From positions 14,859 through 78,858 of the forward strand of contig CAYYRU010000004.1 in the NCBI GenBank assembly GCA_964474095.1: DNA of 64,000 nt, in the 5' to 3' direction. The stretch comes from an uncultured Anaerolinea sp. (GTDB lineage Bacteria; Chloroflexota; Anaerolineae; Anaerolineales; Anaerolineaceae). Under the pieces are notes generated by a model. It searched no databases and was not told where the DNA came from. It was given only the letters and a program-made list of their open reading frames with translations. A program made the position numbers and the translations under genes. Positions 10,461-19,099 of the stretch are shown here, piece after piece (position 1 is the first letter of the stretch; every line of letters begins with the position of its first letter).

Positions 10461-11255
10461 TTAGATGGATTCGAAGTCGAGATCGAAGGGGTCTCGTACG
10501 TCAGGCTGTTCATCCGCTTCTTCCATCTGGCCGGCAGCGACACCGCGGTTGCATAATGAACGGTACCGGCAGAAGGCGCATTTTTTCTCATCAGGGGTTT
10601 TCGTAAAGCCGGCTTCAGGTAGTGAGGAGATCCTCAAGATCAACTCTTCAAGATCGTTACACTCTTCTGTGAATCTTGATGCTGAATATGGTGCCTTGAT
10701 GGGTGTTTCAGGGAAAGCTGGATACCAATAGATCATCTCAACCGTAGAAGGTTCCACTTTAGGCTGCAAGCTTTCAACAGCCACCAAGGGATAAACCTTG
10801 CTCTGCATGCGGTTTAATAGGGTCTGGCGTTTTGGCTGGTGTTGTGAGGTTTTCCAGTCATAAATTTTAACTTGCCAGTCAGGAAGTTTTAAGAGCAGAT
10901 CGAATTTGGCGGCCAATCGATAACCGGCGAAGGGGATGGAGACCAACTTTTCCACCATTCGCTCTCCCTTTTGGTTGAGCAAGTCGAGGGCTAAAAAATT
11001 GTGCCACCAGTCAACCAACTCCGGTGATGTGATCCCTTCTGAAAGCAGTTCCATAGGGATGCCAGACAAGTATTGTTGGCAAAGCAGATGAAAGCGAGTG
11101 CCAAGTTCGATCAAGGCTTCCTGGGCGATAATGGGTTCGCTTTCGATGGCCGGCCATTCCAGCTGTTGAATGTGCCGCTGGAAAAAACGGTAGGGACAGT
11201 CCGTGAAGTCTTGCAGGTTTTGTTGTGTGAAGGTGAAGTGCTCAGGCAACAGCAT
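10461..11255 (-). CDS. stand-alone PD-(D/E)XK nuclease, Cas4/AddB-type with predicted Fe-S cluster
   Basis: N-terminal Cys (FTDCPYRF), D..(IYDWK) D/ExK core, QSKVY (QxxxY) motif, C-terminal CAFCRYRSLC. ATG at 11255 has GGAGGA 5 nt upstream and overlaps the upstream helicase stop by 14 nt. Confidence 0.8.
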   Translation of the reverse strand: MLLPEHFTFTQQNLQDFTDCPYRFFQRHIQQLEWPAIESEPIIAQEALIELGTRFHLLCQQYLSGIPMELLSEGITSPELVDWWHNFLALDLLNQKGERMVEKLVSIPFAGYRLAAKFDLLLKLPDWQVKIYDWKTSQHQPKRQTLLNRMQSKVYPLVAVESLQPKVEPSTVEMIYWYPAFPETPIKAPYSASRFTEECNDLEELILRISSLPEAGFTKTPDEKKCAFCRYRSLCNRGVAAGQMEEADEQPDVRDPFDLDFESI

Positions 11256-13476
11256 TTGGGTCCTCCAAAGAGGCGGCAAGTGCAGCCAGAGGCAGCGCCA
11301 TACGGGCGTCCTTCCGCTTGCCGGTGTTCCAGGTGATGATCAGGTTCTCGCGAGCGCGAGTGATACCTACATATAACAGGCGTAAACGTTCTGATGAGTA
11401 TTCCATGCGTGCCTCAAGGGTGGCAACGCCGGGTTCCATGTACATACCGGGGATGTCATCCTCGGCCAGGGCTTTGAGTTTGAATAACAATTCCGCCTCA
11501 AGGTTAAGATGATGAGCGACAAACCATTTCTCACCTTTGTATTGATCATATTCCTGCGTCGATGGAAAGTCGTAATTGTTGACTGATAACAGGTAAACCC
11601 GGTCCCATTCAAGCCCCTTGGCTTTATGAAATGTGCTCACAAGCACTTTGCCTTTGTGGGCTTCCGGATTGAAACCAGTGTCATCCTCGCTGAAGCCCGC
11701 GAATTTGCGTTCGTTGGAAGCAATCTCCGCTAATTCTTGGGCGAATTGAGGCAACTGATATTCAGGGTGATTGCGGGCGCTGAATTCGAGAAGCAAGGCC
11801 AGTTTGTGGGTCAAAGCCAGATCTTGCGGGGTTGTGAACAGGTCCCGCCCGATGGTGAGCAGCAATTGGTCAACAGGCAGGGTGGTGGCATTTTGCCAGC
11901 GCACCATATTGGCTATAAAACCTGAAAAACGATTCTCAACGGTCTCTGGCAAACGGGTGACCTGCATAACACTTTTCCAATCGCCATCTCTTGCGTATAG
12001 CATTTCTTCCAGCTGACGGATTTTTTTCAACTGTCCCATTAAGTCGGTCACGGATGATTTGTTGGCTTCAAGTTCAGGGTCATCTTGCGTCATCAACTGA
12101 AATATGGCGGTAAATTTGTTGACCGAGGATGGATCGGCCAGAGACAGCAGTACTTTTTCAAGCAAACGAGTCACCCGGCGGGTGGATTGGGTGCTTTTCA
12201 ACATTTCCACAATCTCTATTCCAGCTCCCTGCAGGGCTTCAACGACTTTTTCAGCGTGGAAAGCGATTGGGCAGAGCACGGCCAGGGTTTTGTCTGGATG
12301 CTCTGGCAGCCAACCCTTGATCGAATCGACTACTTTTTTAATCTCTTCATCGGAACTTACAGCGGATTTGAGAATGTAGATTGATTGAGGGTTATCTGGC
12401 GGATTGGGCTGCGGATCACCCAGTGGGGCAGGCACGATATAGGGTAAGGTGAAGGTGGAACGCAATTCTTCAACTGGATGCGCGGTTTGGGTCCATTTGT
12501 TGAGGGTGTTGGCAAGCTTAATGATGCTCTTGTTGGAACGCCCAGAATTGGCCAGATCTTTGGCGATGACGTTGCTTTGCTGCAAGAATTCGCGCAAAAA
12601 TTTGGGGCTGGCAGTGGTGAAAGTTTCATAGATGGCTTGATTGGTATCTCCCACGCGCACCCAATTGCCTTGCGGACCGGCCAATAGTAGTAGGATCTTT
12701 TCCTGTACTTGTGACGAATCCTGGGCTTCATCCTCAAGGATGAAAGGCCAACGATAACGCAGCCTTTCAAGGAATTCCTGATCAGAGGAAAGCACGCGGT
12801 ATGCCAGCCGGATCAAGTCTGAAAAATCCACAGCGCCCCGGTATCGTAAACCGCGTTGGTATTCAAGATAAACCTCAACGGCCATTTCAAGTAAAGGATC
12901 GGTAAGGTGATATTTTTCGATCTTTTGTTGGATATCGGTTGGTTCAAGCAGATGGTCTTTCGCCTGGCTTATGAAATTGGCATTCAGGGTGGTCATCATT
13001 TCATTCCAGGCTTTTTGGGTTCTGGGTTCGGCATGTAGATCGATGGAAGCATCCACATAAGTCTCAGCGAGTTCGGGGTGTTCGCGCAGATAAACCGCGG
13101 TAGCAGACTCGATCATGCGGGCTGCGTCATTTTCATCCACGATCGAAAACTGCTCAGAGAGGCCTGCCAAATCGGGTCTTTCACGGACGATGTCGTGAGC
13201 CAGACCGTGAAGTGTGCGTACCCGATAGCCCATGTTCTCAAGTAATTTGTTCTCTCGCATAAACCCCGCGATTTTTGTGGAAAAGTTATCCACTGCTGAA
13301 TTGACCAGAGTGACGATCAAGATCTCTTGATCATCGTTGATCTTTCCACGCGTGATCAAGTGGGCAGCCAGGTATGATAGAGTAAAAGTTTTTCCGCTGC
13401 CTGGAACGGCAGCCACCCCCATCATGCCGCCATCATATTTCACGATCTCAGCCTGCATCGGGCGGAGTTTAACCAT
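11242..13476 (-). CDS. UvrD/Rep/AddA-family SF1 helicase, no nuclease domain
   Basis: Motif I PGSGKTF, motif II EDEAQDSS, motif III GDTNQAIYETF, motif V STFHKAKGLEWD, motif VI YVGITRAREN. The protein ends about 25 aa after motif VI. ATGGTTAA overlap with the upstream gene. Confidence 0.85.
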   Translation of the reverse strand: MVKLRPMQAEIVKYDGGMMGVAAVPGSGKTFTLSYLAAHLITRGKINDDQEILIVTLVNSAVDNFSTKIAGFMRENKLLENMGYRVRTLHGLAHDIVRERPDLAGLSEQFSIVDENDAARMIESATAVYLREHPELAETYVDASIDLHAEPRTQKAWNEMMTTLNANFISQAKDHLLEPTDIQQKIEKYHLTDPLLEMAVEVYLEYQRGLRYRGAVDFSDLIRLAYRVLSSDQEFLERLRYRWPFILEDEAQDSSQVQEKILLLLAGPQGNWVRVGDTNQAIYETFTTASPKFLREFLQQSNVIAKDLANSGRSNKSIIKLANTLNKWTQTAHPVEELRSTFTLPYIVPAPLGDPQPNPPDNPQSIYILKSAVSSDEEIKKVVDSIKGWLPEHPDKTLAVLCPIAFHAEKVVEALQGAGIEIVEMLKSTQSTRRVTRLLEKVLLSLADPSSVNKFTAIFQLMTQDDPELEANKSSVTDLMGQLKKIRQLEEMLYARDGDWKSVMQVTRLPETVENRFSGFIANMVRWQNATTLPVDQLLLTIGRDLFTTPQDLALTHKLALLLEFSARNHPEYQLPQFAQELAEIASNERKFAGFSEDDTGFNPEAHKGKVLVSTFHKAKGLEWDRVYLLSVNNYDFPSTQEYDQYKGEKWFVAHHLNLEAELLFKLKALAEDDIPGMYMEPGVATLEARMEYSSERLRLLYVGITRARENLIITWNTGKRKDARMALPLAALAASLEDPNAVA

Positions 13477-15589
13477 TTATCCCTCCCGATTGGGAATTCA
13501 TTTTGCGCAAAAGTGTTTGCACTGCCATCATCAACGCGCCGCGTTCTTCGTTGCCTTGTTCATTGATACCCAGGGCGCACATGTAGATGTGACCGCTGCA
13601 ACGCCGGATCAAACCGGCCGAAACCCGGTAAAGAGAGAGCTGATTGGCCAAATTTTCATGTGCGTCGGTCCAGAGATCACCGGTTTTCCAATTACGGTTG
13701 AGAACGTGTGGATGGGTCAGGGGTTGATCCAGGCGTGTCCACCATCCTTGTGAACCAATATCCAGCCAAAACTGCGCGCGGGAAGGACGGTTGCTCATCA
13801 GATAGGAGAATGCTGGAGATATCAGTACGGAATTGGTTGTGGAGTGGTATGCGTGATCTGAAAGGTATTGAGCTGAAAGAATGCCTTCCTCGACCAGGTG
13901 AATGTATTCCGTGTTCAGTGGAAGGTTGAAAGCCCTCAAATCTTCTGCCATCACCTGCCTGAATTTTCTCGCGGATTCCACCAGCCGGCTGACGGCAGCG
14001 GCGGCATCATAATTTTGATGAAAACCGAACCCGGGTTGAGAAAGAATCTCTCCAAACAAGCGGCTGATAAAGATATCCAATTCCATTTTGCCGCCCTGAT
14101 TGTTGTCTGCAAGCCATTTTCGCAATTTTTCAAAGCGTTCACCGATCAGGTAGGTTAATCGCTGCTGCATTTCGGGTTTGATCGGGTCAAAGGATCGTAA
14201 ACTGGCATTCGCGGGGGAGTATAGAATTTGAGCGATCAAATCCGCCCGTATATAGTCGCAATCCGCCAGGCTCAGCAGCATGGCGTTGCGCACCTCATCT
14301 TTGGTTGGTTTTAGACCGAGATCAGGAAAAGCCAGTTTGGCCAGTGTGAGTATCGCTTTTACTCCCGGCTCGTCGCGCAATCCGCGGGATGGGCGAAAGG
14401 TCATGAGCTTCAAACCGGATTCCGCAAAACGGGTTTGAATTGAAAAGCGCAATGAATCGCTCAAGAAGGGGGTCAAAATCACGATCTCTGACGGAGCGAA
14501 ACCCTGATTTTCAATGAGGTCGAAGGTCTGAGAGGTGATCCAATCCATCAATTGCGGGTAAAAACGGAAGGATTGAATAGAGAAGGCACTTGCAAGGTCA
14601 GAGGTCAACTTGCCTTCGAAACGATGCAGTTGAAGACTGGTCTGAAGTGCATTTTCGAGCTGACCAAGTTGAGGTGTCTTTATCAGACTATCAGAGATTT
14701 CAATTATTTCATCGCAATCAGCCGCCAGACTCTTCGCGGATTGTGGATCAGCCCCCATGAAGGTGCGGAAACCTCCGTCATCGTCCGTAATAATCAGTGC
14801 TGATTTGAATTCGGGCAGCCAGGAGCGCACAATATCATGCGCCACGGGATAATCTTCTTCCGCGTTATCGTAGATGAGATGCTTGAAATTCGCGGTCAGG
14901 TATTGACGGCATAGAAGGGAAGGCCAGAGGTGGTTGGCAAAAACGGAGAGCTGCAGTGAAAAATCGAGCAGGTTGTGCTGCAGACAGAAATCACGAAAGA
15001 GGAGGGCACACTCCTGTGCCTGCTGATAGATCAACGCCTGGGTTGGTTTACCCGTCCAGGCCTGGATCAGGCGATCAGAAATTTCAGTGGGAGCAAAACC
15101 CACCACGGCAGATTTATTCAAGTTATCGATGATCTGACTGTAAAGGCGGTTGGGATCAACCGTGATGCTTTCGAAATAGCCCTTTTGCAATAAAGGTTCC
15201 ACCAGACCGGCCAGGTAGTATTGGGCGGTCTCAAGGGTGAGAAAACGCGGAGGATGGGTGGGCTTTGAAAACCCGGCAATTTTTGACACCAACGGCCAGA
15301 ATAAAGTAAGCATTCTCTGCGCCAGGCCGCCGATCGTCAAAATCGATGGCTCTCCACCTGGATGAAATTGGGGATTTTGGATCACTTCTTTAAAAGGTTG
15401 TGCCAGACTGCGTTGAGGTACCAGTATTAAGATGGAATCTGCTGGCTCGCCCGCTTCAATGAGCGCCAACATACGCTGCACGGCTGACGTTGTTTTGCCG
15501 CTGCCGGCTTGCCCGTGCGCGAATACTCGCCGGTCAAGTGAAAGACTGGCGATCTGCTGTTGGGCGGAAGTAAGTGTATTGTTTATCAA
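13469..15589 (-). CDS. diverged UvrD/AddB-like helicase-fold protein
   Basis: Walker A GQAGSGKTT is intact, but motif II (YDNAEED) and motif III (DDDGGFRTFMGA) are diverged. No nuclease domain. The start codon appears to be TTG at 15589 (no nearby in-frame ATG), so the start is uncertain. Confidence 0.7.
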   Translation of the reverse strand: MINNTLTSAQQQIASLSLDRRVFAHGQAGSGKTTSAVQRMLALIEAGEPADSILILVPQRSLAQPFKEVIQNPQFHPGGEPSILTIGGLAQRMLTLFWPLVSKIAGFSKPTHPPRFLTLETAQYYLAGLVEPLLQKGYFESITVDPNRLYSQIIDNLNKSAVVGFAPTEISDRLIQAWTGKPTQALIYQQAQECALLFRDFCLQHNLLDFSLQLSVFANHLWPSLLCRQYLTANFKHLIYDNAEEDYPVAHDIVRSWLPEFKSALIITDDDGGFRTFMGADPQSAKSLAADCDEIIEISDSLIKTPQLGQLENALQTSLQLHRFEGKLTSDLASAFSIQSFRFYPQLMDWITSQTFDLIENQGFAPSEIVILTPFLSDSLRFSIQTRFAESGLKLMTFRPSRGLRDEPGVKAILTLAKLAFPDLGLKPTKDEVRNAMLLSLADCDYIRADLIAQILYSPANASLRSFDPIKPEMQQRLTYLIGERFEKLRKWLADNNQGGKMELDIFISRLFGEILSQPGFGFHQNYDAAAAVSRLVESARKFRQVMAEDLRAFNLPLNTEYIHLVEEGILSAQYLSDHAYHSTTNSVLISPAFSYLMSNRPSRAQFWLDIGSQGWWTRLDQPLTHPHVLNRNWKTGDLWTDAHENLANQLSLYRVSAGLIRRCSGHIYMCALGINEQGNEERGALMMAVQTLLRKMNSQSGGING

Positions 15590-15604
15590 TGGTCTTTATC
15601 TGCG

Positions 15605-16183
15605 TTAGTAGGGCAATCCCGCGATACTGTGAAGCACCGCTCGGGTAAGCAGGGCATCCGCGGTGGAGCGGTGCGCATTGGGCAGTGAAATATTGAAGAA
15701 CTGGCCGGCTTCTTCCAGTTTGAAATACTTCATGGAACCTCTGACCGGGTTCCAAATACCGCGATAATCCGAAAAGAGCGGCAGTACATCCACGTTCTTG
15801 AAGTTCTCGCGCCAGGGCAGCCGGTAGCGGGCATGCGATTGCTCCATCATGCGAAGATCAAAAGGAGTGTTATATGCGGCAATGGTTCGACCATAAAGAA
15901 AATTGCGGATGGTCGGCCATAAGATCGGCCAGCCTGGTTTGGCAGACACCATTTCGTTGCTGATGCCGTGAATCCTTTGGGCTTCTGCTGGAATGGCGCG
16001 TGAGGGTTTCACCAATGAAGAAAAGAGCAGACTACCGTCAAAATCTACAATCGAAATCTCGATCACTTCATCAGTCTTTTCGAGACCAGTGGTCTCTGTA
16101 TCGATATAAACAGGCTTTTCGGTTACCCAGCGATTGGCGAGGGCGATCACCTGGTCTTTGGATGAGGATGAAGATGGCTGCAT
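15605..16183 (-). CDS. DEDDh 3'-5' exonuclease (DnaQ/RNase T superfamily)
   Basis: ExoI IDTETTGL, ExoII YNTPFDLRMM, ExoIII HRSTADAL. 192 aa. 15 nt upstream of the helicase-like gene. Confidence 0.85.
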   Translation of the reverse strand: MQPSSSSSKDQVIALANRWVTEKPVYIDTETTGLEKTDEVIEISIVDFDGSLLFSSLVKPSRAIPAEAQRIHGISNEMVSAKPGWPILWPTIRNFLYGRTIAAYNTPFDLRMMEQSHARYRLPWRENFKNVDVLPLFSDYRGIWNPVRGSMKYFKLEEAGQFFNISLPNAHRSTADALLTRAVLHSIAGLPY

Positions 16184-16195
16184 GTGATTACCTTT

Positions 16196-17041
16196 TTATT
16201 GATCCCATTCCAGCAGTTCCTGCAGGATGACCGTGAAATTGGAGTTGCCTCGGGCGGATACGTAAGCCCCCACATGACCTCTACTGGGGATGGTAGCTTC
16301 AGTGAAATGAGTGACCAGATTGCCGTTAATATAGATATTGAACTGGTCATTGATCAACATTACTCCCAAGCGGTTGACCTGGTTCCCACCAGTGAGAATA
16401 TGGGTGTCGGGGGTCCAACCGATCAGGTTTACGCCGTTTCCAGAAGCATCCAGGCGGTCAACGATGTAGTTGCCATCGCAAGACAGCCCTATGTAATAGC
16501 CAAGACTATCGTTATAGCTAGGCACTCGCATGACCAACCCGTAATTGTCTTTGGTGTCACATTGAACAACCTTGAAAGTGCCTTCGAGATAAAAATTAGT
16601 GGGAGTCGGTGAGGTTAAACGCCAGCGTTTTCCAAGATTGATGGCATGGCTTTCAAAAACCAAACCGCTGACCTGGTTGGAGATGGTTACGGCTGAATCT
16701 TCATAAGGATCACCCACCACCCCAAAAGGATCGCCGCTGCTGGCTGAATTGAACCAGAAATCAGGATTCCCCAGGGTTAATTTGGGATCATCCGGCGGCG
16801 TGGTCGGAGTGGGCGTCACAGTGGCCGTGGCAGTAGGAGATGGCGTCTCTGTGGCCAGTTCCACGGTGGGCAGCGCATTTGAGGTGGGAGCACTGGTGTC
16901 GGTATTGGAAGGACCGGCGGCAAGGGTAGCCGCCACGCGGGTGGCGATCTCATCTATATTGGTGGTTGGTTGGGCTGCCGGAAGGTTGCAGGCAGAAAGC
17001 AGGAGCATGAACACGATCAGAGCAGGAAGCAATTTTTTCAT
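16196..17041 (-). CDS. lipoprotein with Pro/Thr linker and jelly-roll (concanavalin/DUF1080-like) C-terminal domain
   Basis: Lipobox LLLSAC after a hydrophobic signal, PT-rich linker, beta-rich C-terminus. The fold assignment is a guess from sequence texture. Confidence 0.6.
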   Translation of the reverse strand: MKKLLPALIVFMLLLSACNLPAAQPTTNIDEIATRVAATLAAGPSNTDTSAPTSNALPTVELATETPSPTATATVTPTPTTPPDDPKLTLGNPDFWFNSASSGDPFGVVGDPYEDSAVTISNQVSGLVFESHAINLGKRWRLTSPTPTNFYLEGTFKVVQCDTKDNYGLVMRVPSYNDSLGYYIGLSCDGNYIVDRLDASGNGVNLIGWTPDTHILTGGNQVNRLGVMLINDQFNIYINGNLVTHFTEATIPSRGHVGAYVSARGNSNFTVILQELLEWDQ

Positions 17042-17156
17042 TTTTCCTCACTTCATTTTGATAATTATAGCCTTTCCCTTTTTAATGTTCCAGTTCTGTA
17101 GACATTTCATAAGCGACGTGACTTCATCGCTGAAAAACCATCATGTATAATCTAGG

Positions 17157-18671
17157 ATGACCATGAAAACGAGTGTGATCCAACTTGAAAATTATGATGA
17201 ATTGGCCTCCATCCAGGACAAGTTAACCTGGCATGCAGGGCAGCGCCTGATCCTGGTTTGGCCGAAAAAAGATCGGATCATCAACAATCCGCTCGAATTG
17301 GAACTCTTGAAGCGAAAGGCTACCGATTCAGGATCATCACTGGCGCTGGTTACTCACCTTGAGGTAATAAAAGAATGGGCGGCGGATGTTAAAATCCCCG
17401 TCTTCCCGTCCATCCCCGCGGCTGAAAAGGCGGAATGGGCATTTGAAAGCTGGCGGCAGGAGCTTTCACCAAAAAGCATAAAAGGGCGGGTTGCCCTGAT
17501 CGACCAAAAAGCGAGTTTGCCGGCAGAAAGGGTTAATCGCAAGCCAGGCAAAGCACAGTCCTTGCTGGCTATGTTACTGAGCCTCTTTGCGTTCATCGTT
17601 TTGCTGTTGGTGTTGCTTCCCAAGGCGGAGATCACTTATTTTCCAAAGATGCAAGTACAGCAGGTTGAGGTAAAGATCAAAGTTTCTCCCATTTACTCGG
17701 GATTCAGTGCTTCAGGCAACGTCCCCGCCTCTTTATCAAAGATAGATGTCAGTGGGGAGTTGTCCATGCCAAGCAGTGGAAAGACCGCCATTCCCGACGC
17801 AAAAGCCGGCGGCAGGGTGACTTTTACCAATCTTACAGGTTCAAAGGTAACCATTCCCGAGGGGACCTTGTTATTTACGAGTGATCCACAGCAAACCCAA
17901 TTCGTGACGCTTGAAACGGTTATCGTTCCAGATGAAGTGGATGGCACTGTGGAGGCGCCTGTGCAGGCTCTGCAAGCAGGAGAAGTTGGCAACCTGGCTG
18001 CCGGATCGATCGTTTCACTTTCTGGATCCGCGGGTGCGCTGGTTCGTGTTACCAATGCCTCAGATTTTTCTGGTGGAACGGATCTTGAAACCCCATCCCC
18101 CGATGCGAATGATTACGCCGCCTTGAAAGAACTCTTGATTGATGAGTTGAAGAATCAAGCCATCGCCCAATTACAAGCAGGTTTGCCGGCAGGGACTCAA
18201 CTGATCCCCTCAAGCCTTGCGGTGGAGGGGATCAAGGAAGAAAAACAATTGAACGCGGTGGGTGAGCCGTGGGATGAAGCCAGATTGCAGATGACCATTG
18301 AACTATCAGTCTTAACCTATCAAGAGGCAGACCTGAACAGTATCGCGCGGACCATCCTGGATGCTAATTTACCAAAAGGATATTATCCTTTTGAAAACAG
18401 CCTGGTGCAGCGCCAAATCAGTGAGATCGAATTAGATGAGGTTAACCAGGCTACCTGGACGATGAAAGCTTACCGTAACCTCATCCCGGAGTGGGACCAG
18501 GAGAAAGCCAGCCAGGCATTAAGCGGCATGAAGAAAGCAGAAGCGGTTCAATATTTTTCAGAATTATTTCTGCAAGAAGAACCTGCAAGATTTAAAATGA
18601 TCTTTGAGAGATGGCCTTGGATGCCATATCTGCCCACTCAAATCACATTTGTCAATGGAGTAACATCATGA
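17157..18671 (+). CDS. membrane-anchored protein with baseplate J (gp47)-like ectodomain
   Basis: Cytoplasmic N-terminal region of ~135 aa, one TM helix (LLAMLLSLFAFIVLLLVLL), then a segment (GRVTFTNLTGSKVTIPEGTLL ... VQALQAGEVGNLAAGSI ... ASDFSGGTD) typical of baseplate J-like domains. Alternative ATG at 17163 preceded by AGGA. The stop overlaps the ruvX start (ATGA). Confidence 0.5.
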   Translation: MTMKTSVIQLENYDELASIQDKLTWHAGQRLILVWPKKDRIINNPLELELLKRKATDSGSSLALVTHLEVIKEWAADVKIPVFPSIPAAEKAEWAFESWRQELSPKSIKGRVALIDQKASLPAERVNRKPGKAQSLLAMLLSLFAFIVLLLVLLPKAEITYFPKMQVQQVEVKIKVSPIYSGFSASGNVPASLSKIDVSGELSMPSSGKTAIPDAKAGGRVTFTNLTGSKVTIPEGTLLFTSDPQQTQFVTLETVIVPDEVDGTVEAPVQALQAGEVGNLAAGSIVSLSGSAGALVRVTNASDFSGGTDLETPSPDANDYAALKELLIDELKNQAIAQLQAGLPAGTQLIPSSLAVEGIKEEKQLNAVGEPWDEARLQMTIELSVLTYQEADLNSIARTILDANLPKGYYPFENSLVQRQISEIELDEVNQATWTMKAYRNLIPEWDQEKASQALSGMKKAEAVQYFSELFLQEEPARFKMIFERWPWMPYLPTQITFVNGVTS

Positions 18672-19099
18672 ACGGAAGAGTCATGGCTGTGGACCCGGGT
18701 GCAAAACGCATTGGCCTGGCCATCAGTGATGAAACGGGCACTTTGGCACGCGGTTTGAGCGTGATCAAACATGTTTCAATGAAGGAAGATTGCCAAAAGA
18801 TCTCACGAATGGCGGCAGAAAATGAGGTCAAGATCATTTTGGTCGGGAATCCACTTGGAGAAAGTGGAGAAGAAAGACCTCAAACACGCCATGCCAAGAA
18901 ACTGGCTGAAATGTTAGCCGAGTTCTCAGGCTTGCAAGTTCATCTGGTGGATGAATCAGGCAGCACACAACAGGCCCGAAACTTTCGCTTGCAGGCAGGG
19001 GCCAACCGTACCCAGCGGAGTGGGCACCTGGATGACGCGGCAGCAGCCGTGATCTTGCAAAACTGGCTGGATATGAACCAGAAGGAACAGAATGCCTAA
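18668..19099 (+). CDS. ruvX: Holliday junction resolvase-like / pre-16S rRNA nuclease RuvX (YqgF)
   Basis: VMAVDPGAKRIGLAISD N-terminus typical of YqgF. ATG at 18668 chosen rather than the ORF start at 18611, which lies inside the upstream gene. Confidence 0.85.
   Translation: MNGRVMAVDPGAKRIGLAISDETGTLARGLSVIKHVSMKEDCQKISRMAAENEVKIILVGNPLGESGEERPQTRHAKKLAEMLAEFSGLQVHLVDESGSTQQARNFRLQAGANRTQRSGHLDDAAAAVILQNWLDMNQKEQNA

Noticed and set aside
17157-18671. Baseplate-J-like gene as a sign of a prophage or tailocin
   Set aside because: No tail, capsid, integrase or lysis genes are nearby. The flanking genes are housekeeping and translationally coupled to it.
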